DNA of 64,000 nt from Candidatus Cloacimonadales bacterium (lineage in GTDB: Bacteria > Cloacimonadota > Cloacimonadia > Cloacimonadales > JAFGVF01): positions 1 to 64,000 of the forward strand of contig CAXXOU010000003.1 of the NCBI GenBank assembly GCA_963677495.2. Reading direction: 5' to 3'. Positions 1-9,907 of the stretch are shown here, piece by piece. A program made the translations under genes and the position numbers. The notes beneath the pieces were generated by a model. The model did no database searches. It was not told the DNA's origin and was given only the letters and a program-made list of their open reading frames with translations. Position 1 is the stretch's first letter; every line of letters starts with the position of its first letter.

Positions 1-1
1 A

Positions 2-1162
2 ACTTTAGACCTGCAGAGAAGTAGCTATACTATTGATTTACCAAGTGGTATGCATTATATTGTTGCTCAGAAAAAAGGATATGTCAGCTATTCAAACGAC
101 TCATTATTAGTTGATTCTGACAATTTAAAGCTTGATATAACTCTAACTCCACGACACGGATTGTTGTTAATTAATACAAAGCCTGCTGATGCCCTAATTA
201 AAGTCGATAACAACCTGATAAGCAATAATCATGAAGCTGTAGAAATGCAGGCAGGAACTTATAATGTTAAAGTATTTGCTACAGGATATGTTGAAGAGTT
301 GTTTGATGTCGAGATTCTCCCTGATAAAACAACAGAGAAGTTTGTTGAACTTGAAAAGAAGAAGCCAAAATTTACAGTACAAACTGATCCTGCAGATTGT
401 ACACTTAGCTTTAAAAATAGACAAGGGGAAACTGTACTGACAGAACAATCCAGTTCAGTAATTGAATCATTGAATCCGGGGAATTACATATTAACTGTAT
501 CTAATAAAGGCTACGAATCACACGAAACAGATATTAAAGTGATGTATAGCATATCAAAACCTTTTGAAGTAACGCTTTCTCCGCTTGAAACAGTTTTAGC
601 GATTAAATGGCCTAAGAATGATTACTTACCTGTTAAGGCGAAGATCTATCGAGATGATTACCTACAAGTTGAGTGTAATAGTAGAAAAGATCTAACCTTG
701 TCAGGTCCGGGAATATATGACATGGAGTTCTATGTAAAGAATGGTTCAAGGCCATTGTACAATTGGTGGAATTATAAAGAATCGGCCTATTTAGAACCAG
801 GAGTTACTGAAATTGATATAAAGTCGAAATGGCTTAAAACTAATAGAGTTTTCAAGCACAGAATAGGTAAAAATGGTAATTTGAATTATATTGTGAGTTT
901 TAATGCCGGATATTCATCCATTGCTCCATATCTAACTTTGACTGCGATTGAAGGAGTTTGCGGTAAAACGTTTTGGTTTCCATTCCTACATGTCAGGAAG
1001 TTTAGGGCAAATCTCACTCTTCTATCAAAACAGAAACTCTCTCATGTATCACTTAAATCTTGCAAGTGTAGGTTTTGGTTTATGCTATCTACCCCAATCA
1101 ATATCATGTTTGACCACACTAGAGTTGAAAGTACAAGCTGCGATACTGGGTTCACACTTTGA
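2..1162 (+). CDS. PEGA-domain protein, N-terminal part (5' end lies outside the window; probably frameshifted near 940-980)
   Basis: Frame is open from base 2. Repeated PEGA-like units (INTKPADALIKVDN...AGTYNVKVFATGY; VQTDPADC...PGNYILTVSNKGY). Sequence after ~960 looks out of frame. Confidence 0.7.
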   Translation, partial: TLDLQRSSYTIDLPSGMHYIVAQKKGYVSYSNDSLLVDSDNLKLDITLTPRHGLLLINTKPADALIKVDNNLISNNHEAVEMQAGTYNVKVFATGYVEELFDVEILPDKTTEKFVELEKKKPKFTVQTDPADCTLSFKNRQGETVLTEQSSSVIESLNPGNYILTVSNKGYESHETDIKVMYSISKPFEVTLSPLETVLAIKWPKNDYLPVKAKIYRDDYLQVECNSRKDLTLSGPGIYDMEFYVKNGSRPLYNWWNYKESAYLEPGVTEIDIKSKWLKTNRVFKHRIGKNGNLNYIVSFNAGYSSIAPYLTLTAIEGVCGKTFWFPFLHVRKFRANLTLLSKQKLSHVSLKSCKCRFWFMLSTPINIMFDHTRVESTSCDTGFTL

Positions 1163-1481
1163 TAACTCATTTGAATGGAGCTTTAAAGATGGTGATTATG
1201 TATTGTTAAAAGAAGAGGAAGAAAGTCTTAGTAAGAAATCATACTCAACTGATGTTATAACATACACACCAATCGAGCTACAAATGCGATTTGATGTGCC
1301 ATTTAATAAAAGAGGAGTTTACTTTGAAACATCAGTCACACCAGCTTATATAACTGATAATTATAAATGGTTCAAGGAAAATGACTTTTACTCTGATGGA
1401 GACATATTTACAGAGGAAAGCGAAGTCGATAAAAGCAATATCATCGTTTTCTGGAAAGCCGGAATAGGATATAGGTTTTAA
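948..1481 (+). CDS. C-terminal outer-membrane beta-barrel-like part of the frameshifted PEGA gene
   Basis: Overlaps the previous ORF by 215 bp in the +1 frame. Has amphipathic strands and ends FWKAGIGYRF (BAM beta-signal-like terminal Phe). Stop is 2 bp before the next ATG. Confidence 0.55.
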   Translation: MKEFAVKRFGFHSYMSGSLGQISLFYQNRNSLMYHLNLASVGFGLCYLPQSISCLTTLELKVQAAILGSHFDNSFEWSFKDGDYVLLKEEEESLSKKSYSTDVITYTPIELQMRFDVPFNKRGVYFETSVTPAYITDNYKWFKENDFYSDGDIFTEESEVDKSNIIVFWKAGIGYRF

Positions 1482-1483
1482 GT

Positions 1484-3487
1484 ATGAGAACATCAAACTT
1501 CACTCTAGATATTGAGAGACTGAATATCCAAATCAATGATTTGGATGAGCTCTATGCACAGCTCGTTAAATCAGATGACTTGTTTGACTTAATAACTAGT
1601 GATAGAAAACTACATAATATCTTCTTCAAGTGGCTAGAAGGTGCATTCAATGAAAGAAAAGTGCTTATACTCAAAAGCCTTGCAGCATATTATTCTTCAT
1701 TTGGTAGTACATACTTAAAGCAAGTATTCATTCACTACATTTTCTCGGATGCTCCAATAACTTATGGGGATGTGTCAATTGAGTTATCGTTTGATACTAA
1801 TGATTCTTTACAAAAGCTCCAAAGTGAAGTGCAATTATTCTTTGAGCAGTTAGACAAATCCCATTGGGAAGAGTCATTAACAAAAGTAAGATTCCTATTG
1901 TTCCAATTCTCATTCAAGCTCAGATGTTTCTTGGAGCAAGACATTGGAACTACTAAGGCAACATGTATATTCTCAACTATTCAGCAAATCAATCGCTACT
2001 TAAATGATAGTAGTGAACAGGAAAGTGGAGGCTTAGAATTCTCACCGGTACAACATGTGAGAAATAGTGATTGGCAATATAATATGCTTCAATTGCTACA
2101 CAGTGTTTTAGTTAACAGAAAGATCCGAATGCCTGATAATACTGTTCTTGAAACAATTGAAGAAGTTGCAATATTTCTTGTTACTCACCCGAAAGAGTTT
2201 TCTAATGAACTTGTTTATTTTGAGATTAAGACATACTTAGAGATTAAGCTGAAAACCAATATCCATCGTTCATTTACGCTTACAGATTTTCTATTTATTG
2301 CTTTAGAAGATAAGATTGACTATGTGGTTTCACTGAAAGAGATGGGTGTATATTCATTTAATCAGATGGATAATAAAGAGATTGTTGGCTCAAGAATATA
2401 CAACTTTGTAGATGAATTACAAGAGAAAGATGCCTATATATCAATTACAGTAAAGAAATCATTAACGCGATTTTTCAGAGAACAAAACCTTACTGAGAAA
2501 CTGGAAGATTACTACAGAGATATCTCTCTTATTACCAAACATAATACGATGAATGAATTCTTCGAAGCAGATAATCTTTTGCACAGCATTGCAATGGAGT
2601 TAAATATAGCGACTGAGAGCATAAATAATAGTTCTATAGTTTCTTTATCAGATCAGATAAGAGAGAAACACGAAAAGATCTCCAGAAAGCTTAACACTGC
2701 AAACAAGCGATACAAGCGTAAGGCAATTTTTCATAATAGTATATATGTAGTTTGGATCGGATTGGTTCTCAATTGTCTTGTCTCATTGTTATCATTACTT
2801 CTAGTTTCAGAGCATCAACCCAATGACTTGTCTATGATATTTAACAACATTTTGTTTTATCCAGTATTCTTAAAACAAGTGTTATTCTCTTTTCTGCTAT
2901 TCATACTGTATGCTATAATTGTGTTTTCAAAAGATGACATTATTGTGAAACCAACTAAACTGATTATAGGGTTCTTCCTTCCTTTTAACCTTATAGTAAT
3001 ACCTACCCTATCTTATTCAGCATATTACTTACTTTCAAGCTTCACTTCCATTTCTTTTTTTCTTATTCAAAAAAGCGTGCTGGTTATGTACTATTTAACA
3101 CCACTAATTATTATTACTTCTCTTAGTTATAGAGCCCGGTTATTTATGAAAATCAAAGCTAAGCTTGTTAAAGCGGTAGTTATTGGCATTGTGCTTTCTC
3201 CTTTCTTTATTAGTCTTAATCCGCATCTATTGAATAAATTTAGGAGTATTTGCAATCCATATGCAGTTGAGCATTTAAACTACATTTCCATATCAGACAA
3301 AGGTGTTAAGCTTTATGAAAAGGCAGATACTTCCTCAAAGCTTGTTAAGAAGAATTTCAAACCCGGTAAAGCAATAGAGTACAGCTTATACAATGATGAA
3401 TGGGGCATTATTTTTGATAAAGACAAAGAACGGTTTTTCCAGCTAAAAGAGACAGTGAAAACTCCAATGTGGAGGTTAAAACAATGA
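1484..3487 (+). CDS. Hypothetical membrane protein: soluble N-terminus, about 5 TM helices, C-terminal SH3b-like domain
   Basis: 667-aa ORF with hydrophobic segments at ~aa 418-580. C-terminal ISDKGVKLYEKADTSSKLV...WG resembles bacterial SH3. Confidence 0.65.
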   Translation: MRTSNFTLDIERLNIQINDLDELYAQLVKSDDLFDLITSDRKLHNIFFKWLEGAFNERKVLILKSLAAYYSSFGSTYLKQVFIHYIFSDAPITYGDVSIELSFDTNDSLQKLQSEVQLFFEQLDKSHWEESLTKVRFLLFQFSFKLRCFLEQDIGTTKATCIFSTIQQINRYLNDSSEQESGGLEFSPVQHVRNSDWQYNMLQLLHSVLVNRKIRMPDNTVLETIEEVAIFLVTHPKEFSNELVYFEIKTYLEIKLKTNIHRSFTLTDFLFIALEDKIDYVVSLKEMGVYSFNQMDNKEIVGSRIYNFVDELQEKDAYISITVKKSLTRFFREQNLTEKLEDYYRDISLITKHNTMNEFFEADNLLHSIAMELNIATESINNSSIVSLSDQIREKHEKISRKLNTANKRYKRKAIFHNSIYVVWIGLVLNCLVSLLSLLLVSEHQPNDLSMIFNNILFYPVFLKQVLFSFLLFILYAIIVFSKDDIIVKPTKLIIGFFLPFNLIVIPTLSYSAYYLLSSFTSISFFLIQKSVLVMYYLTPLIIITSLSYRARLFMKIKAKLVKAVVIGIVLSPFFISLNPHLLNKFRSICNPYAVEHLNYISISDKGVKLYEKADTSSKLVKKNFKPGKAIEYSLYNDEWGIIFDKDKERFFQLKETVKTPMWRLKQ

Positions 3488-5946
3488 CAGACCAATACAC
3501 AAAATCGTTTCAAGTTGTAATCATGACAGACCTTGTCGGTTCGACAAAGCTCTATGAGACTTATGGAGACACTCATGCTAAGAAGATTGTTGATGAGCAC
3601 GATAGAATACTAGAACCAATAATCGAGAAGTATGATGGAATCACTGTTAAGAAACTTGGAGATGCAATCCTAGCCAGATTCCCTTCAGTAGATAAAAGTT
3701 TGCAAGCATCAATTGAAATCCAAAAACTCTTAAAGGAAACCAATGAAAGGAAAGAAGAAAAGGATAAAATTGTCATCAAAATCGGGATGCATTGGGGTGA
3801 AGTAATTCTACAATCAGGTGATGTATTTGGAGATGTTGTAAACACATCTAAGCGTCTAGAATCGTTAGCTGCAGGATATTTGATCATTGTTTCAGAAGAA
3901 CTGAGAAACAACTGCTCACTTGAACTTAGTTTTGTTCCTATGGGCTCATTCTCTGTTAAAGGTAAAAAGGAACCTGTAAAGACCTATGGAGTTATTTGGG
4001 ATACGTCAGATATCTTGATAACAAAATACGAGACTCGAAAGAAGCAGTTGCAAAAAGAGGAATTCAAACTTAACCAGAAGAAAGAGTTTCATTCCATATC
4101 TCTTGGACACGCCAACAACGCCCCCCTAGAAATAATTACCAACCCACCTGATGTAAAAGTAACACTCAATAAGCAAGTATTGAGTCAAACAACTCCAATT
4201 ACATGTAACTATAAAACAGGAATTACTGAGATTATACTAGAATGTCCCGGCTACAAAACGATAGTCGATAAGATTCTCATTGAAGACAGTATGAAAAACT
4301 CTTTCCAGTTTGAACTTGTAGCACAATTTGCCAGGATTGACCTTACAAATTGTGAGAGCAATATGGACATATACATCAATGATCAATTCCAAGCTCAAAA
4401 GACTCCTTGCATTATTGAAAACTTAACAGCCGGAGAATATACACTTCAGCTTAAAAATAAAAATTTCATTTCTAAGAAGTATAGATTCACTCTCTTCTGG
4501 AACGAAACTAGAAAAGAAGAGTTCAAGGTGTTTAAACCTGTACAAGTCTGCTTGGTTTCGCAATTCAATGAAGTAGATTTCAATATTAGAGAGGTTTCTG
4601 AAGATGATATTGTTAGAGAAAATCTAGAGATTTCTCCTAATAGGCAGTTCATCAAAGGTGTTTCTAAAACAGTTTCTCTAACTCCCGGACAATATCAACT
4701 TACCCCAATTGACTCTGAGTTACCTGATATGATTGTCGATATACCCTATGAAGAGCAATATACTATTGAATACGATCATCAAGTGTGCACGAGGAAACTA
4801 ACAATAGATTATTCGAATAACTATTACAATACCAGTATATCCTTTCTCAAGCAAAAGAATATACTTAAGTTTGATAAATGTCACAAGATACATTGTAATG
4901 TCCCGCCTTGTATAGTATCATTAAAAATCGAATCTATCGGCAAGAGAATCAATAAGTTGATTAATCTGACTGAAGCAGATAAAGATATTGTATATAATGA
5001 TTTATTCAAAGTTAAACCTTCTAAGCATTGGATTAAGTCTACAATTTTAGTATCATTCCTACTTGTCTTAGTCCTGGTACTTTCATTCATCAGCAGTAAT
5101 ATTTTATGGAAAAAGCTGGAAAGAACTAATGATATTAAAAGCATTCAGAGGTTTATGCTAAGCCCCATATCATTGCAGAATCATAAAAATGCAAAACAAC
5201 GACTTGCTGAGTTAGAAATTGAATACTACAATAGAGTAAAGCAATCAGATGACATAATGATATTGCAGTCATACATCTCCTTCTACCCTGAAGGTAAACA
5301 TGTAAATGAATGTATCAAGTTGGTGTTTGAAAAACATGTAAAACAAATGCTAAACGGATGTAAAGTTAGTGGCGTTTGTGAAAATATAGTTAACACAAAA
5401 GATTATCAATCTCTACTAGTCAGTAAGGAACAACAGCTGTATAGAAGGTTCAAGAAGAACCCATCAATTATTAATGCCGAGAAGTATATTACCCTGTTCC
5501 CCGATTCGAATCAGTGCATCGAGATCTTAAAGCTAATACAAAAACCACTTCTGAGAGTTAAGATGAATGAAGAGAATAGATGTTTGTTTGTGGCTTTGTT
5601 TAATCAAAGAAATGGGCTTAAACTTTCTGAAAACGACCTTAAGAAGCTTCAGAAAAAAGAGGAGATGTTTCGCAAGGACTCTCACAACGTGGGCACATTA
5701 CTGTCATCATTAAAATCCGGTATGAATGACTCTCTGGGAAGAAGCTATATCCGAAATGCAAATCCTGATTTAAGAATTCTGTTTCATGAGGAAAACTTGT
5801 CACTATTAGTACAAGGGGGATTAATTTCATTAAAATGGTACTCTTTAAAATACAGATTAGTATTCATTGTAATGAGCTCTATTTTAGCTCTTAGTATTAC
5901 AATTGTATTCCTAGTATCACTTTTTAAGAAGATTTTATCTATCTAG
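3484..5946 (+). CDS. Class III adenylate/guanylate cyclase with PEGA domains and two TM helices
   Basis: Motifs TDLVGST, KKLGDAILA, IGMHWG and DVFGDVVNTSKRLES, then PEGA units (ITNPPDVKV...). ATG 3484 overlaps the upstream TGA (ATGA); RBS GGAGG at 3471. Confidence 0.85.
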   Translation: MTDQYTKSFQVVIMTDLVGSTKLYETYGDTHAKKIVDEHDRILEPIIEKYDGITVKKLGDAILARFPSVDKSLQASIEIQKLLKETNERKEEKDKIVIKIGMHWGEVILQSGDVFGDVVNTSKRLESLAAGYLIIVSEELRNNCSLELSFVPMGSFSVKGKKEPVKTYGVIWDTSDILITKYETRKKQLQKEEFKLNQKKEFHSISLGHANNAPLEIITNPPDVKVTLNKQVLSQTTPITCNYKTGITEIILECPGYKTIVDKILIEDSMKNSFQFELVAQFARIDLTNCESNMDIYINDQFQAQKTPCIIENLTAGEYTLQLKNKNFISKKYRFTLFWNETRKEEFKVFKPVQVCLVSQFNEVDFNIREVSEDDIVRENLEISPNRQFIKGVSKTVSLTPGQYQLTPIDSELPDMIVDIPYEEQYTIEYDHQVCTRKLTIDYSNNYYNTSISFLKQKNILKFDKCHKIHCNVPPCIVSLKIESIGKRINKLINLTEADKDIVYNDLFKVKPSKHWIKSTILVSFLLVLVLVLSFISSNILWKKLERTNDIKSIQRFMLSPISLQNHKNAKQRLAELEIEYYNRVKQSDDIMILQSYISFYPEGKHVNECIKLVFEKHVKQMLNGCKVSGVCENIVNTKDYQSLLVSKEQQLYRRFKKNPSIINAEKYITLFPDSNQCIEILKLIQKPLLRVKMNEENRCLFVALFNQRNGLKLSENDLKKLQKKEEMFRKDSHNVGTLLSSLKSGMNDSLGRSYIRNANPDLRILFHEENLSLLVQGGLISLKWYSLKYRLVFIVMSSILALSITIVFLVSLFKKILSI

Positions 5947-6001
5947 TTGTTTTCGAGTTTGCTACACAGTGCATTTTGCAATCATTTACATCATCGGAAT
6001 C

Positions 6002-6082
6002 ATAGCGACCAAGGGGAGTTGGACTCATAGTGATGTACCTTTGCCATTTTTCGCTATTCGCCCATCTCCCTTTGGTCGCTAT
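6002..6082. repeat. Long imperfect GC-rich palindrome (REP-like)
   Basis: ATAGCGACCAAGGGGAG (6002-6018) pairs with CTCCCTTTGGTCGCTAT (6066-6082), with further inner pairing. Confidence 0.7.
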
Positions 6083-6363
6083 TGCGACAGCTTCTGAATG
6101 CATCTTGATAGATAGTATTGTTTAAGAACGTAGATACTATTTTGACTATCGGTTTAAGGGATCTCTAAACTGCATGGAAAAATATTCAAGGAAATTTAAT
6201 AGAGCTTATAAGTATAGCTTGGATATATTGGAACATTAAAAAATCGTAATTATTCAATAAATATATTGACTATTTATAGATCATCTTAGAAAATCACCTT
6301 ATACTGCGATAGAGTGCTTTGATTTTTCTTAGTGAATCTGATTGGAATATTTTCCAAAGGGGA

Positions 6364-6732
6364 TCAGATTAGCATTTCGAAAGCGTTTTCGATATGTTTA
6401 ACAGAGAATTCATTTGACTCTGAATTGTAGTTACATAGAATAATATCAAGATGGATTTCGAAATCTTCATAATGAGGATATCTTTGGATGAAGTCCATTA
6501 CAGCGAGAGATATTTTTCGTTGTTTAGAATAGGAGATAGCTGTTTGTATTTGTTGAAAAGGGGTATTAGTGCGAGTCTTAACTTCGACGACCACTAAGAC
6601 ATCATCTTTTTTGGCAATTAAATCCAACTCTCCATAACGTGAATGAAAATTTTTGAAAAGGATTTGGTATCCCTTGTGGGATAGGTATTTAAGAGAAATG
6701 ATTTCTCCACGGGTGCCTAAGTTGTTTTTCAT
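6364..6732 (-). CDS. yraN: YraN family (UPF0102) putative nuclease
   Basis: LGTRGE...GYQILFKNFHSRYGELDLIA...VVEVKTR signature. Confidence 0.9.
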   Translation of the reverse strand: MKNNLGTRGEIISLKYLSHKGYQILFKNFHSRYGELDLIAKKDDVLVVVEVKTRTNTPFQQIQTAISYSKQRKISLAVMDFIQRYPHYEDFEIHLDIILCNYNSESNEFSVKHIENAFEMLI

Positions 6733-6850
6733 ATAAACCTCAGTACAATAGAAATAGCTTGACTAATTAATTGTCAATCATATTTTATTACTGATAAAGT
6801 CTGATATATATATTAAATAATGGAATAATAATCCCTAGGAGGGGGAATTG

Positions 6851-7828
6851 ATGAAGAAAATTTACCTTATCGTATCTGTAATGTTTTTCATCTGTTCACT
6901 TGTAGCTGCTCCTTTTACATCTTTAGGATCAGCAATTAGAACACCAAACGGCTATGTAGTGCCACATACTCAGTTTACTGGAACTTTCGCAGCGTATACA
7001 CGTGACGATGGAGAAGGCAAACTCGAAAGCAAAATAGTTGGTGCAGTTTCAGGTGGTCTATGGGACAGAGTTGAAGTAGGCGTTGTTTACACAGATGATT
7101 GTGATGGACTTACTTTTGCTAATGCAAAGGTTAAAGTATTTGAAGAAACACCAAAATTCCCAGCGATCTCAATCGGTGTGGATAATATTGGTTCTTCTAT
7201 CAATGAAGATGCTGATGAAATAATTGATGGATCTAGTGATGTTCAAGAGCATAGTTATTACTCACGCTATTTTGAGAAAAATGCGTTTTATGCTGTTGCC
7301 ACAAAATCAACTGTTATCCGTGGATTACCAGTGTTTAGTTACATTGAAACTGTTGCTTCCGTAGGTTTTGGTTCTGAGCAAAAGTACCAAGGTGTTGGAG
7401 AATTATCCGAAGACTTTAGTGGACTATTTGCATCAGTACTTTTCCGCCCAAACAAGTGGTTTGGTGTAATCGGTGAAGTTGATGGTTCAATGGTTAATGC
7501 CGGATTAGACATTAACTATAATGATTTCGCTTTAAGAATGGCTCTAACCGAATTGGATGAGTACTTTAAAGGTGATGAATCATATGACAAACTGAACTTT
7601 ACTTTTGCTCTTTCATATACGTTCAATGATTACGTTAATGAGAGCAAACAACCAAGAGTAGCAAGATCTAACAAAGAAGCTATCCGCGGAACCAGAGTTA
7701 TACAGAATCAGGATCAATTAGGAGAGACTGATGACCTTCTTCAAGAATTAAGAGCTATCAGAGAAAGAAGACAGAAAGCTCAGCAAGAACTTGAAGATAT
7801 CAGAAGAATTCTCGAAGAGTCTGAATAA
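6851..7828 (+). CDS. Secreted YjbH-like outer-membrane beta-barrel protein with a C-terminal coiled coil; first gene of the Agl-Glt-like operon
   Basis: Signal peptide; IRTPNGYVVP, VEVG, PAISIGVDNI beta-rich core; C-terminal LLQELRAIRERRQKAQQELEDI coil; RBS GGAGG upstream. Confidence 0.7.
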   Translation: MKKIYLIVSVMFFICSLVAAPFTSLGSAIRTPNGYVVPHTQFTGTFAAYTRDDGEGKLESKIVGAVSGGLWDRVEVGVVYTDDCDGLTFANAKVKVFEETPKFPAISIGVDNIGSSINEDADEIIDGSSDVQEHSYYSRYFEKNAFYAVATKSTVIRGLPVFSYIETVASVGFGSEQKYQGVGELSEDFSGLFASVLFRPNKWFGVIGEVDGSMVNAGLDINYNDFALRMALTELDEYFKGDESYDKLNFTFALSYTFNDYVNESKQPRVARSNKEAIRGTRVIQNQDQLGETDDLLQELRAIRERRQKAQQELEDIRRILEESE

Positions 7829-7862
7829 ACACAAACACGCTCAACTTTTGAAGTAGGAAGTA

Positions 7863-9905
7863 ATGAGAAAGATATATTATCTTTTCTTATTAATTTCATT
7901 GTACCTGAGTGTTTCAGCGTATGCTGAGATTAGTGAGAACCAGTTTCAGAGATTAGGTCAGTCTGAACAGATTGAAATCCTTAAACAAGAACTGGAAACT
8001 GAAATAGATTTTGAAGAGCAGGTTGCACGATTGAGTGTAATCGCAAATCGCAAAGTGCAAGTAAAGAGTTTAAACAAAAAGGGTCTTTACGAGCAGATTA
8101 AAGAGCTCTTCAAAGAAGATGAGAAGAGTATAAAGAGCAACCTGGTAGAAAAAGATTTAGCTCATACTATCTTGTATCTTGAAGACCTCAAATTGGCTTA
8201 TAAGAATACAAATGTTGTTAAAGACCAGTTCCTTTATTATGACGCTCTGATTGATTTCCAGAAAAGAGATTACACTAAAGCTCAACTAAAACTTGAAGAT
8301 TTAGTTAGTAAATACACCTCTTCTAACAAATATAAGGCTGCATTGTTTACTTTGCAGAACATTTATATGAAAAGCAGCCAGAATGATAAATTCCTGGTTG
8401 CTTATGAAGATTATGTTTGGGATAAATCAGCATCACAAGAGTATTGGTATGGACAAGCTTTATACAATCAAAATAGGTATTTAGATGCACTAGTAGTTTT
8501 TGAAACATTAACCGGAGACGATAAATTTGGTTTTAGAGCACAGTTCATGTTGGCTCTGATTTCAACATTTACAGAGTCGTTAGAAACCGGTTTAGAGTCA
8601 TTCCTACTGCTAATGCAAGCTCATCCAATTAATACTCCATATTATGAGTATTTACCCCTTAATATTGCACGTATTCAAGCTCAATTAGGAAATATCGAAA
8701 GTGCGACAAGATTCTATAGCCAGTATAATAATATGGTTAGCGAATCGGGGAGCATGACAACAGATGTTAAGTTCGAGATTGCTGTTATGAGTATGAACGC
8801 AGGTGATATAGAGATGGCTAAAGCTCTTCTCGAAGATATACAGGCTAACCCATATGCAAATGAATATTATACTGCTTGTGTTTATTTATTAGCTACTATG
8901 GACTATGACAAGACCTCTTTGGCAGAACAACAAGCAGTTGTGAGTTCTGCAGTAGATTTTGCTAACCTATATTTGGATATCCTTACAAAGAAACATAAGA
9001 AAGTCCAAGAGCTTCAAAACTTAAGAATTAAGCTTTTTAGTGCTGATAGCAAAAAAGAGAAACTTGACTTAGTAACCAAAATACAAAGCGCAGAAGATAA
9101 GATATCTTTGGCCTCAGAAAGCTTGTTAAAATATGCATCGGGAGCAGACGAGGAAAAGCTTCGTAAGTTGTGGGGAATGGAAAATAACTACATTGATACT
9201 ATTAACGGTTCTGTTGAAGAAGTTTTGAGACTCCATCTACTAAGTGAACAGCCTAATGATGCTAGAGTAGCAATGGTTGATGATATATTGATCGATACTG
9301 ATTTGCTGTACATCTTTTCTTTAGCCAAAAAATTCTTGCTGGATATGGAGAACGTTTCCAGCAATGATCTTAATACTGCACTTTCTGTAGCAAAAGAAAT
9401 ATATGATTCTAAGAAGATGATACAAGTCTGGGATAATGTAAAAGAGTTACTAGAGACACAAGACAACCTAGCTAAAATTGAGAAGATTGAAGAACATGTT
9501 TTCAATCTTAAAAAATCAACTGCTAATCTTGAGAACGAGATGGAATTGAGATTTGGAGATTACTGGGAAGATGAAGAATTAGCCGAAGCATTACAATCAA
9601 ATTTAGAGGATATGCTTGAAGAAAGGCAACATTATCTGGAGATGAGAAAGTTTATCTCTGAGAGTTTCAATGAACGTTTAGCTGCAGCACTATTGAGAAG
9701 AGCTGAGAAAGATATAGCCGCTCAAGATAAAGTTATAGATGAACATACAACTACTGTAGCTGATATTAGAGGTGATATTCTTAAAGTTAAAACTGAGTTT
9801 GATTATACAATAATTGATCTTCTATACATTGATGTAATCAAAGAAGATAAAGCTTTTATCCGTGCTAGGGATAGAGATGTTTTCCCAACTACAGGAGGCA
9901 AGTAG
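7863..9905 (+). CDS. Secreted tetratricopeptide-repeat / coiled-coil protein (GltC-like position)
   Basis: Signal peptide; TPR-like helices (YWYGQALYNQNRYLDALVVFE); long C-terminal coiled coil. Confidence 0.75.
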   Translation: MRKIYYLFLLISLYLSVSAYAEISENQFQRLGQSEQIEILKQELETEIDFEEQVARLSVIANRKVQVKSLNKKGLYEQIKELFKEDEKSIKSNLVEKDLAHTILYLEDLKLAYKNTNVVKDQFLYYDALIDFQKRDYTKAQLKLEDLVSKYTSSNKYKAALFTLQNIYMKSSQNDKFLVAYEDYVWDKSASQEYWYGQALYNQNRYLDALVVFETLTGDDKFGFRAQFMLALISTFTESLETGLESFLLLMQAHPINTPYYEYLPLNIARIQAQLGNIESATRFYSQYNNMVSESGSMTTDVKFEIAVMSMNAGDIEMAKALLEDIQANPYANEYYTACVYLLATMDYDKTSLAEQQAVVSSAVDFANLYLDILTKKHKKVQELQNLRIKLFSADSKKEKLDLVTKIQSAEDKISLASESLLKYASGADEEKLRKLWGMENNYIDTINGSVEEVLRLHLLSEQPNDARVAMVDDILIDTDLLYIFSLAKKFLLDMENVSSNDLNTALSVAKEIYDSKKMIQVWDNVKELLETQDNLAKIEKIEEHVFNLKKSTANLENEMELRFGDYWEDEELAEALQSNLEDMLEERQHYLEMRKFISESFNERLAAALLRRAEKDIAAQDKVIDEHTTTVADIRGDILKVKTEFDYTIIDLLYIDVIKEDKAFIRARDRDVFPTTGGK

Positions 9906-9907
9906 AC

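Noticed and set aside
6002..6082. Integron attC site
   Set aside because: No RYYYAAC/GTTRRRY ends, no cassette array and no integrase in the window.
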